A stretch of DNA of 64,000 bases from an uncultured Akkermansia sp. (GCA_904501915.1 CAJGCV010000001.1:17280-81279); one strand, 5' to 3'; counted from the stretch's first letter, positions 8,960 to 19,005 are shown. Notes: generated by a model not told the origin, from the letters alone. Program-made: numbers and translations.

Positions 8960-9904
8960 TCAGTTGTTCTGCTCCTCCAGTTTGTGTTGAGCCCGGGTAT
9001 GCCCCTTTTCGGCTGCCTGCTTGAACCACTTGGCGGCTTTCTGTCGGTTGGGTTTGCAGCCGCGCCCTTCCTGCAGCATGAGCCCCAGCCGGTAGCATGC
9101 CTCGGAGCTCCCCATGCGGGCGCCCGTCCAGTACCAGTCAAAGGCCTTTTCGGCATCAGCCTTTACCGCTATTCCAATCTCATAGCAACGCCCGAGTTGC
9201 ACCATGGCGGGGGCGCTCAGACCATCTGCTGCGCGTTCCAGAATGCTTATAGCTTCTGCCGGTTTGCGTTCTGTGCCCACGCCGTGCAGTTTGCAGAACC
9301 CCAGCCAGAATGAAGCATCTGCATGTCCGGTGGCTGCGGCTTTTTCAAACAGAACTGCTGCTTCGCCAAAATTCTTCACGCCACCCACGCCTTGCAGCCG
9401 GCAGAAGCCCAGACTGTATAGGGCTTCCGGGTATCCGGCTGCTGCTGTGCGCTGAAGCCAGGCGAGCCCTAGTGTGTCATTTTGCCTGACCCCTTCGCCG
9501 CTCAGGTGTGCCATGCCAAGGCGGTACATGGCTTCCATGTGGTTCTGTGCGGCTGCTTTGACCCACCAGCGGCATGCTTCAACGGCATCTTTCTGCACGC
9601 CTTTACCCAGGTAGTAACATTCTGCCAGGTAGCTCTGGGCATCGGCGAATCCCTGGTCCGCGGATTTCCTGAGCCATTTGATGCCCTGTGTGGTGGATTG
9701 CGGTACTCCGCTGCCTGTGAGGTAGCAGCGTGCCAGCTGGAGCTGTGCTGCTGCGTCTCCTGCCTCGGCTGCCTGCCGGCTTTCCTGGGCAACATGGGCT
9801 ATATCCGCAGCTTCCTCGAGCAACATTTCCTCATAGCCCTGTTCGGCAAAGCTCATGGCGTTTCCTGCCAGCAGTGTTATTCCGATAAATGTTTGTCGAA
9901 TCAT
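8960..9904 (-). CDS. Secreted Sel1-like repeat protein
   Basis: About seven AxxxLGxxYxxGxGVxxDxxxAxxWxxKAAxxG repeats; signal peptide; TTGCCA-17-TAGATT upstream. Confidence 0.92.
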   Translation of the reverse strand: MIRQTFIGITLLAGNAMSFAEQGYEEMLLEEAADIAHVAQESRQAAEAGDAAAQLQLARCYLTGSGVPQSTTQGIKWLRKSADQGFADAQSYLAECYYLGKGVQKDAVEACRWWVKAAAQNHMEAMYRLGMAHLSGEGVRQNDTLGLAWLQRTAAAGYPEALYSLGFCRLQGVGGVKNFGEAAVLFEKAAATGHADASFWLGFCKLHGVGTERKPAEAISILERAADGLSAPAMVQLGRCYEIGIAVKADAEKAFDWYWTGARMGSSEACYRLGLMLQEGRGCKPNRQKAAKWFKQAAEKGHTRAQHKLEEQNN

Positions 9905-9979
9905 GGAAAAAAATCTGATTTGCTGCCCAGAATCTACCATTTTTTGCCTTCTCTGGCAAGTGTATTGCGTGTCTGGCGG

Positions 9980-10008
9980 TTGACAGGAGCGCGGCTTGGT
10001 GGTAGAGT
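9980..10008 (+). promoter_or_regulatory. sigma70-type promoter of alr, leaderless geometry
   Basis: TTGACA-17 nt-TAGAGT-7 nt-ATG(10016). Confidence 0.75.
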
Positions 10009-10015
10009 CAGGGGT

Positions 10016-11119
10016 ATGAGTAGTGAGAGTCCTGCACGCGCGTGGGTTTGTGTGAATCTGGAGGCGATTGCCCATAACCTGGATATTGCCCGCCAGGCGT
10101 TGCCCGATACCGAGCTGATGCCGGTTATCAAAGCAGGAGCATATGGCCACGGGCTGGAGCCGGTGGCGCGGCGGCTTGATAATCACGGCATCTCGTTCTT
10201 CGGCGTGGCGAACGTGGGCGAGGCGCGACGCCTGCTGCGTGCCGGCGTGCGCACCACCCCGTTTATTCTGGGCCCGACGTTCCCGGAAGAACGCGAGGAA
10301 ATGGTGCTCAATAACTGGTGCGGTACGGTGTCATCTGTGGCGGAGGCCGAGCATTTTCAGAATCTCGCCGCTTTGTATAACAAAGAGTTTGCGCTGCATG
10401 TGGCGGTGGATACCGGCATGGGGCGCGAGGGCTTTTTACCCGGGCAACTGGGCGAGGCTGCCGCTCTGCTCAAAAATATGCCGAATCTGCGGGTGGAGGG
10501 GATTATGTCCCACTTCCCGGCGGCGGATGAGGATGTGCCGTTCACCCAGGATGAAATAGGCCTGTTCTCGGATTGTGTGGAGACGTTGCAGCAGCATTTT
10601 GACCTGCGTTACCGCCACATTGCCGCCAGCGCCGGCGAGTTGGGCTATGAAGTGCCGGTTGCAAATCTGGCGCGCCCCGGTCTGCTGCTGTACGGCGTGG
10701 CCCCCATGGCTTCGATTTACGATGGCGTGCTGCGGTCGACTCTCAGTCTGCATGCGCGCGTAACCCTGGTGCGTGAGCTGCCTGCCGGGCATGGAGTTTC
10801 CTATGGGCGTACGCATATCACCAGCCGTCCTGCCCGTGTGGCAACTATCGGCATTGGCTATGCAGATGGCTGGAATCGCCAGATTTCCAACAAGGGTGCC
10901 CGTGTCTGCATTAATGGCTGTTACTGCCCCATGCTCGGGCGCGTGACCATGGACCAGATTATGGCCGATGTGACCGACGTGCCGGGTGGTGTGCAATCCG
11001 GCGATGAGGTAGAGTTGTTCGGCTCCCACATTCCCGTGACCGAGGTGGCGGCCAAGGCTGGCACCATCGTCTGGGAAATCTTTACAGGGCTGGGCCCGCG
11101 CCTCCCGCGTGTGTATTAA
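10016..11119 (+). CDS. alr: Alanine racemase
   Basis: VIKAGAYGHG (PLP lysine), DTGMGREG, RPGLLLYG, VSYG, GYADG, GRVTMDQ. Confidence 0.97.
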   Translation: MSSESPARAWVCVNLEAIAHNLDIARQALPDTELMPVIKAGAYGHGLEPVARRLDNHGISFFGVANVGEARRLLRAGVRTTPFILGPTFPEEREEMVLNNWCGTVSSVAEAEHFQNLAALYNKEFALHVAVDTGMGREGFLPGQLGEAAALLKNMPNLRVEGIMSHFPAADEDVPFTQDEIGLFSDCVETLQQHFDLRYRHIAASAGELGYEVPVANLARPGLLLYGVAPMASIYDGVLRSTLSLHARVTLVRELPAGHGVSYGRTHITSRPARVATIGIGYADGWNRQISNKGARVCINGCYCPMLGRVTMDQIMADVTDVPGGVQSGDEVELFGSHIPVTEVAAKAGTIVWEIFTGLGPRLPRVY

Positions 11120-11127
11120 AAACTCAT

Positions 11128-11284
11128 AAATCGTCAATCGGCGCAACATATTGTAACTTTGCTTTCTGCCGCCCTCGCTCGCTATGCTGGGGACTCTGAT
11201 ATGATGTTCGAGTTACCCCCGGTTCCGTGGCTGCGACCCTTCCGTTAGGAAATTCGTCAATCGTCAATCGTAATTCGTAAATCC
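11128..11284. repeat. Heptamer (TCGTCAA/TCGTAAW) repeat blocks flanking a ~110-bp spacer
   Basis: TAAATCGTCAATCG after the alr stop; TCGTCAA TCGTCAA TCGTAAT TCGTAAA TC at 11254-11283. Confidence 0.7.
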
Positions 11285-11348
11285 CAAGTCCTTTCCTTCC
11301 CAATCTCTGGGCTGCACGTGAAATATGATGTATGCGGAATGTCTTGGC

Positions 11349-11377
11349 TTGACAACAAACGCACTAATGCCTAATAT
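11349..11377 (+). promoter_or_regulatory. sigma70-type promoter, leaderless geometry
   Basis: TTGACA-17 nt-TAATAT-6 nt-ATG(11384). Confidence 0.8.
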
Positions 11378-11383
11378 GGACAT

Positions 11384-11818
11384 ATGCACAGAACCCTGTT
11401 CCCTCTCCTCGTTGCCTCTACCGTTGTGTACGCTGCAGATGTTGACCCCATGGCTTCGGCCTATGAGGCGTTGTACAGCGCGCTGGAGCAGGAAACACTG
11501 GCGCTGGAATCCATCCAGACGGCAACCGACGCTGCCGGCGCGGTGGACCAACTGCGCGCAGCTCTGCAAGCCCAGCAGGCACTACTCAGCACAGATGAAT
11601 CCGCCCTGTGGCAATATATTGACAATACGGAAGGCAGAAAACAGGCGCTGGTAGACTTGCTGGAGCGTCTGGCGCTGCAGTTCTGCCGCCTGGAGATGCA
11701 GCAGTACTATGGCAGCGACGAACTCAAGACCTTGCTTTCGCCCCAGATTGAGTTTGACCCGGACGTGGAACACGCCAAGCGCGCTAAACTCCACGCTGTG
11801 GACCATGATGAAGATTAA
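11384..11818 (+). CDS. Secreted helical hypothetical protein (YYGS motif)
   Basis: Signal peptide, helical composition, clear promoter. Confidence 0.8.
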   Translation: MHRTLFPLLVASTVVYAADVDPMASAYEALYSALEQETLALESIQTATDAAGAVDQLRAALQAQQALLSTDESALWQYIDNTEGRKQALVDLLERLALQFCRLEMQQYYGSDELKTLLSPQIEFDPDVEHAKRAKLHAVDHDED

Positions 11819-12083
11819 ACCCTGCGCTTTTTTCCTTTAAAAGCTGCTGCACGTGTTCCAGTTCCTGGTCCATGTAGTCCGGCAGGTCGTTGCGGTGCGC
11901 ATTCATATTGGCCAGCACGGCATCGCGGTATTCCACAGCTGCTGCTTTTGATTCTTCTTCAGAGCCATATTGCAAGTCTGAAAAATACCGGGTGATAATA
12001 CGCCCGCAGCGCTGGATGCTCACGCGCCAGCCCTGAAAATCCGTATTTTCGTACGTGTATCGAGTTAAATTCTTTGTTTTCAT
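11784..12083 (-). CDS. Small AP2-like DNA-binding domain protein
   Basis: GWRVSIQRCGRIITRYFSDLQYGSEEESKAAAVEYRD fits the three-strand plus helix AP2 pattern (W...FS..YG..EA...A..YR). Confidence 0.7.
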   Translation of the reverse strand: MKTKNLTRYTYENTDFQGWRVSIQRCGRIITRYFSDLQYGSEEESKAAAVEYRDAVLANMNAHRNDLPDYMDQELEHVQQLLKEKSAGFNLHHGPQRGV

Positions 12084-12159
12084 GAGGGGTTGCAGTTCAT
12101 TGACACCGCAACCCCTCTATGGAATTCAATAACGTATGGACTTGTTTTCCTGAGCGGGC

Positions 12160-13647
12160 TTAATCGTTGAGCCGGTGAGAAATCGGGAACTTCAGCTGCT
12201 CATCCTTCGGGTCCACATGCAGAATCACGGGCAGTTGGGCCCGTTTCAGGGCAGATGCCAGAATCTTCCGCTGGATAAGCCGCACATCATTTTCCTTGAA
12301 GAGGTAGTTCTTCTCCTTGTTCAGCAGGACAGAGGGGGCGGTGTTGCAGTCTGCCAGCTCGTGGATGATTCTGTTGGTCACACCGTGCGGCGGCTCCGTC
12401 AGAGACCCGAAAAGCTGCGGGTATTTCTCGCCCAGGTGCTCACAGAGCAGGAAGATATCCACATCATACAAATTGCCCAGCGGCGCCAGCTGCCCGCCGG
12501 ACATGCCGTATGTGCAGAACTCGCCCAGCATGAGCTCCCGGCGGCACAGCGGGGAACACAGCATCATGCCCCGGGCTTCGGCATGCGTCAGCGCCAGCGC
12601 CGTCTGAAGCCGCTCCTGCAGGTGGCGGCTTTCCTCGCCACCCAGGGCTGCGGTGGCAGCCTGGTTCAGCGCAGTGGTGTCCGGGGTGTATACCTGGATG
12701 CCCAGCTGCTCAGCCAGCTTGTTACCGGGGGTGAAGCTCACGCCACTGACATTGGCTGTGCCCAGCGCCTCTACGCAGAGCGCGCCAAGGAGCGCCGAGT
12801 GCGGGTGGTCCAGGTTCAGGCATGCGCCCGTGAACCCGTTGTTGCGCACACTGTCGCGTATCCCGCGCTGCAGGGCAAGACTCATCAGCCCGGCTTCTTC
12901 GGGCAGGTGCCTCGCCAGCGCCGGGCGGGTGATATCCACCACTTTGCTGGCAACCTCGAAAAACGGAAGCCGCTGCAGTGTCTTGCCTGCTGCTGAATAA
13001 ACCGCCGAGCCTCCACCATAGATATTGCCACCGGCCGTGCCCACCGGGCGGCAGCAGATGAGGTGGCAGCCCTCCATATTTGCTTCCCAGCTGCGGGCTT
13101 CCTCTTCATCTCTGGCACTGCCGCCGTACCAGGGAGTGCCAGGCAGGCGGACGATGAAATCCGGCGTGCCGTCGGGCAGCGCCTCGTCATCGGTCGTGTC
13201 TATATAAAAACGCATCCCCTGCAGTTCCAGCGTTTCGCCGTTACTCAGTTCGGTTATCGAATCTTTCTCCAGCAGATACGGTGTCAGCACAATACGGCGG
13301 TCGTTCGCCATCCACGGGTCTTCCTCTTCGTCATCTTCGCCGGCTATGCCCACGTACAATTCATCGTCGCTCACCGTCAGGGTATACGCCGCCAGAAACA
13401 GAGGCGCGCTGCTCAGCTCGCTCGCGAGTGTCTGCAGTGCCTGCTGCGCCTGGCTGATGAATGAGCGCCGGTTCACCAGTGATTGCGGCTCCAGCCCGCA
13501 GAGCGCCGCTGCGCTTGCCACCACCACTTCGGCTCCGTGGTCCAGACAATCGCGGTAGCCTTGTACGATTGCGCGCAGGTTGTTGGAAAAATCACCGGGC
13601 AGGGGGGCAGTTTGTATCAGACCTATTTTTGTTATCGGTTTTGTCAT
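12160..13647 (-). CDS. Degenerate glutamine-dependent NAD synthetase-like protein (nitrilase-like plus synthetase-like domains)
   Basis: KIGLIQTAPLPGDFSNN N-terminus, YGGGS, ALQRGIRDSVRNNGF, CTYGMSGGQLAPLGNLY, KRAQLP; catalytic motifs substituted. Confidence 0.75.
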   Translation of the reverse strand: MTKPITKIGLIQTAPLPGDFSNNLRAIVQGYRDCLDHGAEVVVASAAALCGLEPQSLVNRRSFISQAQQALQTLASELSSAPLFLAAYTLTVSDDELYVGIAGEDDEEEDPWMANDRRIVLTPYLLEKDSITELSNGETLELQGMRFYIDTTDDEALPDGTPDFIVRLPGTPWYGGSARDEEEARSWEANMEGCHLICCRPVGTAGGNIYGGGSAVYSAAGKTLQRLPFFEVASKVVDITRPALARHLPEEAGLMSLALQRGIRDSVRNNGFTGACLNLDHPHSALLGALCVEALGTANVSGVSFTPGNKLAEQLGIQVYTPDTTALNQAATAALGGEESRHLQERLQTALALTHAEARGMMLCSPLCRRELMLGEFCTYGMSGGQLAPLGNLYDVDIFLLCEHLGEKYPQLFGSLTEPPHGVTNRIIHELADCNTAPSVLLNKEKNYLFKENDVRLIQRKILASALKRAQLPVILHVDPKDEQLKFPISHRLND

Positions 13648-13735
13648 CAGATATACATGTGTTTCAGCTATACTGCATGATTTTAAAGCAAAAGGCAAGT
13701 ATAAAAACCGTATTGCGCGCAGAATGCGCACGTGC

Positions 13736-13774
13736 AAAAAACAGGTAGTGAGCATGCACACAGCTCACTACCTG
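13736..13774 (-). terminator. Intrinsic terminator of argH
   Basis: 12-bp stem CAGGTAGTGAGC/GCTCACTACCTG followed by a T run on the minus strand. Confidence 0.85.
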
Positions 13775-13799
13775 CGATTTATGGGTGGTAAATGCAGAA

Positions 13800-15164
<1,365 letters not shown>

Positions 15165-15395
15165 AACGCGCAAAGATTACCACTATTCCTCCACTTGTGC
15201 AAGCCGTAATGCTGCCATGTGCCTGTGCCGGGATTTAATAACCATGCAGCCCGATAAATCATACGACCCGCCAGCGGCGTATTTCACTCCGCAGGAACTG
15301 CGGTATTTCACTGAGGGAGCGTATGCGACCGACTGTCGGTATGATGGGCTGGCAAAGGACGCAGCCGGAGCAGGGGATGGGCGTATGCCCGCGGG

Positions 15396-16388
15396 TCAGA
15401 GCAAGGGGGAGGAGGATGACCCGGGGCGGCATGTACGCATGCGCCGGCGGTCGATGGCGTTGAAGATGCCGGCAAGCAGAGTGCCGGAGATGCTGTGCCA
15501 CACGCAGCAGATGGCAGCTGCGACGGCTGCTTCCGGCATGGTGGAGAAGTGGCGCCCGGCCAGCACGGTGGCAAGGCCGGCATTCTGCATGCCTACCTCG
15601 ATGCTCAGGGTGCGGCGTTTGGGACGCGGCATGCGGGTGATGCGCCCCACGGCATAGCCGAGCACATATCCCAGTGAATTATGCAGGAAGATGGTGAGGA
15701 AGATAAGCGCGCCGCTGGTGAAGAAGCTGGCACCTTTGGCGGCGGTGACACCGCCCACGATGCAGGCAAGGCCGATGACGGAAAGCCCGGGCATCACTTT
15801 GCAGAATTCAGTATAAGCGGGGCGGCTGCCCCATTTGCCGTTGCAGATGGCACCGATGGCAACGGGCAGGAGGGTGACAAAGAGGATGCTGCGGAACATG
15901 CCTGCAGCGTCCACGTTGATGCTTTCGCCGGCAAGCCAGAGCGTGAGCAGTGGCGTGACAAAGGGGGCGAGCAGGGTGGAAACGGTGGTCATGCCCACGG
16001 AGTAGGGTACATCTCCCTTGCAGAGGAAGCTCATGATGTTGCTGGAGACGCCGCCCGGGCAGCAGCCTACCAGGATGAGTCCGGCTGCAATGCCGCGTGG
16101 TATGTCGAAACATGCCACCAGTGCCCAGGCTATCAGGGGCATGATGGTGAATTGCGCCAGCGTGCCGATGCCGATATCCAGCGGGCGTGCTGCCAGGATG
16201 CGGAAATCTGCCGGGCGCAGGGTCATGCCCATGGTGAGCATGATAAAGCCCAGCACCAGGGCCTGCACATCGCCCTGCACCCAGGTGAACAGCCCGGGCG
16301 CAATGAATGCCGCCGCTGCAGCCGTAATGACAAAGGGGGAAGTGTAGCGAGATAACCAGGTGCTGATGCCTTGCAGTAGAGCCAACAT
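15396..16388 (-). CDS. Bile acid:sodium symporter (BASS) family transporter
   Basis: MGMTL, QFTIMP, GCCPGGVSSN, SIEVGMQNAGLA; TTGCAA-16-TACAAT upstream. Confidence 0.93.
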   Translation of the reverse strand: MLALLQGISTWLSRYTSPFVITAAAAAFIAPGLFTWVQGDVQALVLGFIMLTMGMTLRPADFRILAARPLDIGIGTLAQFTIMPLIAWALVACFDIPRGIAAGLILVGCCPGGVSSNIMSFLCKGDVPYSVGMTTVSTLLAPFVTPLLTLWLAGESINVDAAGMFRSILFVTLLPVAIGAICNGKWGSRPAYTEFCKVMPGLSVIGLACIVGGVTAAKGASFFTSGALIFLTIFLHNSLGYVLGYAVGRITRMPRPKRRTLSIEVGMQNAGLATVLAGRHFSTMPEAAVAAAICCVWHSISGTLLAGIFNAIDRRRMRTCRPGSSSSPLL

Positions 16389-16565
16389 GATATGGGTGGA
16401 TTGTACGCCGCTTCTGCCAAATTGCAAGTGGTAATAACACGAAAGAGTGTCACCAGTATAAAATTTCCTTGCCAAGACGGGGAGAGATGCTTAGAATAAG
16501 CCGCGGTGTGCGTCGCGAGGCGTACGCATGCTCCGTGTCCAAAATTTTAACCGATTTTCACAACA

Positions 16566-17732
16566 ATGGAATTCATTTCAGATTGCGCAGAGTCCCTGTC
16601 TCCGTCCCTCACACTGGCCGTGACCAACAAGGCCAAGGAGATGAAGGCCCGCGGCGAGCAGGTATATGGCCTGGCTGGCGGCGAACCCGATAAGGATACC
16701 CCCGAGAACATCAAGAAAGCCGCTATTGAAGCACTGAATAACGGCGCTACCAAGTACACCCCCTCTGTGGGTCTGCCCCAGCTGCGCCAGGCTATTTCCG
16801 ACAAGCTCAGCCGCGACAACGGCCTTAGCTACACCCCCGACCAGATTTGCGTGTGCAGCGGCGCCAAGCCTGCTGTGTACACCGCACTGCGTGCCACCAT
16901 TTCCGCTGGTGATGAAGTGATTATCCCGGCTCCGTACTGGGTGAGCTACCCCTCCATGGTGGAGCTTTGCGGCGGCACGCCGGTATTTGTGGAGACCAAG
17001 GCTGAGAACGGCTGGAAGATTACGCCCGAGGAGTTCGAGAACGCCATGACTCCGCGCACGAAGATGATTATTCTGACCACGCCGCACAACCCGACCGGCA
17101 CCGTCTACACCGAGGACGAGCTGCGCGCCCTGGGGCAAATTGCGGTGGATGAGGATATTCTCATCATTGCCGATGAAATCTATGAGCACCTGGTATACGG
17201 CGAGACCAAGCACGTTTCCATGGCTGCCCTGAGCGAGGAGATTTACAACCTGACCATCACCATCAACGGTTTCTCCAAGGGCTACGCCATGACCGGCTGG
17301 CGCCTCGGCTACTCCGCTGCTCCGGCTCACATTGCCAAGTATATCAAGCTGATTCAGGACCACACCGCTTCCAATGCGACCACCTTCTGCCAGTACGGAG
17401 CCATTGAGGCCCTGACCGGCGACCAGAGCTTCATCTCCGACCTGCGCGAGGAGTATGACTTCCGCCGCCAGTATGTGTACAGCCGCCTGTGCGCTATGCC
17501 CAAGATCAAGGTGGTGGAGCCCAAGGGTGCGTTCTACTTCTTCATTGACACCACGGAGCTCGGCATGGGCTCTCTGGAGCTCTGCGAGAAGCTGCTCGAC
17601 CGCTACAAGGTGGCTGCCGTTCCTGGCATTGCTTTCGGCAACGATAACGCCATCCGCATTTCCTACTGCACGTCTCTTGACGTGCTCAAGGAAGGCCTCG
17701 ACCGCCTCGAGGACTTCTGCAAGAAGCACTAA
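16566..17732 (+). CDS. aspC: Class I/II PLP-dependent aminotransferase (aspartate aminotransferase-like)
   Basis: GEPD, PYWVSY, NPTG, DEIY, GFSKGYAMTGWRLGY; TTGCCA-17-TAGAAT promoter at 16469-16497. Confidence 0.9.
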   Translation: MEFISDCAESLSPSLTLAVTNKAKEMKARGEQVYGLAGGEPDKDTPENIKKAAIEALNNGATKYTPSVGLPQLRQAISDKLSRDNGLSYTPDQICVCSGAKPAVYTALRATISAGDEVIIPAPYWVSYPSMVELCGGTPVFVETKAENGWKITPEEFENAMTPRTKMIILTTPHNPTGTVYTEDELRALGQIAVDEDILIIADEIYEHLVYGETKHVSMAALSEEIYNLTITINGFSKGYAMTGWRLGYSAAPAHIAKYIKLIQDHTASNATTFCQYGAIEALTGDQSFISDLREEYDFRRQYVYSRLCAMPKIKVVEPKGAFYFFIDTTELGMGSLELCEKLLDRYKVAAVPGIAFGNDNAIRISYCTSLDVLKEGLDRLEDFCKKH

Positions 17733-17765
17733 GTGCTGAAATAAAACGGATTTAGCTTCCATTTC

Positions 17766-17799
17766 CCGGCGCAGGATTCGTCCTGCGCCGGTATGCTTT
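17766..17799 (+). terminator. Terminator-like hairpin after the aminotransferase
   Basis: CCGGCGCAGGA-TTCG-TCCTGCGCCGG perfect 11-bp stem. Confidence 0.75.
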
Positions 17800-17826
17800 A
17801 TCGAGGTTGAAACCTTCAGAAGATGC

Positions 17827-18903
17827 TTAGATCTTGATAAAGACGCGCTTCTTATAGAGGAACCAGCAGAACCACCAGGCCAGCAGCAGGGCTACAGTAG
17901 CATTAGCTGCGCGTTGCCAGTCTGCGCTGAGGAAAAGTGCCCATGTGCCGCTGAAGAGCCGGGCAGAGAGTGCTTGCAGATTGACTATGTGGATGAGCAG
18001 GTAGGCTGCCAGGGCATTGAGTCCCACTACGCGGAAAGGCAATGCCCATTTCTGCAAGCCTGCCACATCCACCACCAGGTGCAGAAGGCTCATGAGGGCT
18101 GCGGCTATGCCGGTGCAGCACAGCACAAACGAGGGGGTCCAGATGCTTTTGATGATGGGGGTGGGCATGAAATACCCGGCTATGAACAGCGCTGCGCCCC
18201 CGGCCAGCATGGTGAGGGCCCGGGTGACGGCGTTTTCGATGTTCAGGAAGAGCCTGCCGGCACTGTACCCCAGAAGGCTGAGTGCTGTGGCAGAGATGAT
18301 GCAGAGGGGCCCCTCGGGGTCATAGCTGCCGCCGTAGAGCACGCCGGGGCAAAGCAGGGCATCTATCCGGGCATTCGCGCAGCCGCCAGCCGTGAAGTTC
18401 CCGCCCGTGTGCTGCGCTACGCCCACGCCCACGAGTATGAGCCCTGCAATGATGAAGTTCGGGATGACCCGGCCTCTGGTGAGCAAGGTGATGCTGCCTG
18501 CCAGCGCCCCGGAAAGACCAATGAGCCCCAGCACGGAGGCAAAACGCATGCTCCCCAGATCCCAGCTGATGATGCCGTTCACGAAAAAGCCCAGAAACAC
18601 AAGCAGGGCTGCGCGTTTCCACAATTTGAGCAGGATTTTCCACGGCCGGGTGTCCAGTTGCCTCAAGTGCGAAAAACACATCGACATGCCCGAAATGAAG
18701 ACAAAGAGCGGAAAAACGCAATCGTATACACGCAGCCCCTCCCACGGAGCGTGCCCCAGTTGCTCCCGCACAAGGCGCCATGCTTCATTCCCGCTGTACA
18801 GCGGATACAGCGCGTAGACCAGTGCATCGAGTCCCAGGATGATGAGCATGTCCATGCCTCGCAATACATCCAGCGAGGTCAGTCGGGCAGAGGGCGTTTC
18901 CAT
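17827..18903 (-). CDS. HGSNAT/NagX-like membrane acyltransferase
   Basis: RLTSLDVLRG, HAPWEG, DCVFPLFVFISG, DPEG, PIIKSIWTPSFV; TTGCCA-17-TAGATT-6-ATG(18903). Confidence 0.88.
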   Translation of the reverse strand: METPSARLTSLDVLRGMDMLIILGLDALVYALYPLYSGNEAWRLVREQLGHAPWEGLRVYDCVFPLFVFISGMSMCFSHLRQLDTRPWKILLKLWKRAALLVFLGFFVNGIISWDLGSMRFASVLGLIGLSGALAGSITLLTRGRVIPNFIIAGLILVGVGVAQHTGGNFTAGGCANARIDALLCPGVLYGGSYDPEGPLCIISATALSLLGYSAGRLFLNIENAVTRALTMLAGGAALFIAGYFMPTPIIKSIWTPSFVLCCTGIAAALMSLLHLVVDVAGLQKWALPFRVVGLNALAAYLLIHIVNLQALSARLFSGTWALFLSADWQRAANATVALLLAWWFCWFLYKKRVFIKI

Positions 18904-18955
18904 GTCCATAATCTAACAGAATCAATCCCTCTTGGCAAGTGCTGAAAAATTATTA

Positions 18956-19005
18956 TTAGAAAAGTTCTAAAAAAGCTTGAACAAAACAGCAAGTTAGTGT
19001 ATCCT
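18956..19005 (+). promoter_or_regulatory. PerR/Fur-like palindrome plus ahpC promoter
   Basis: TTAGAA-AAG-TTCTAA (18956-18970); TTGAAC-17-TATCCT (18977-19005). Confidence 0.6.

Noticed and set aside
9482..10015. Long N-terminal extensions in the ORF track (alr, Sel1, NadE-like, BASS, dnaG and others)
   Set aside because: They overlap neighbouring genes or promoters; downstream starts fit homology and promoter positions
11195..11230. GTTCGAGT resembling a tRNA T-loop
   Set aside because: No T-stem, acceptor stem or cloverleaf can be formed
15180..15395. Short ORFs and a GTATTTCACT direct repeat between the BASS gene and argH
   Set aside because: No coding signal or recognisable riboswitch/ArgR pattern; two 10-mers are too weak to call
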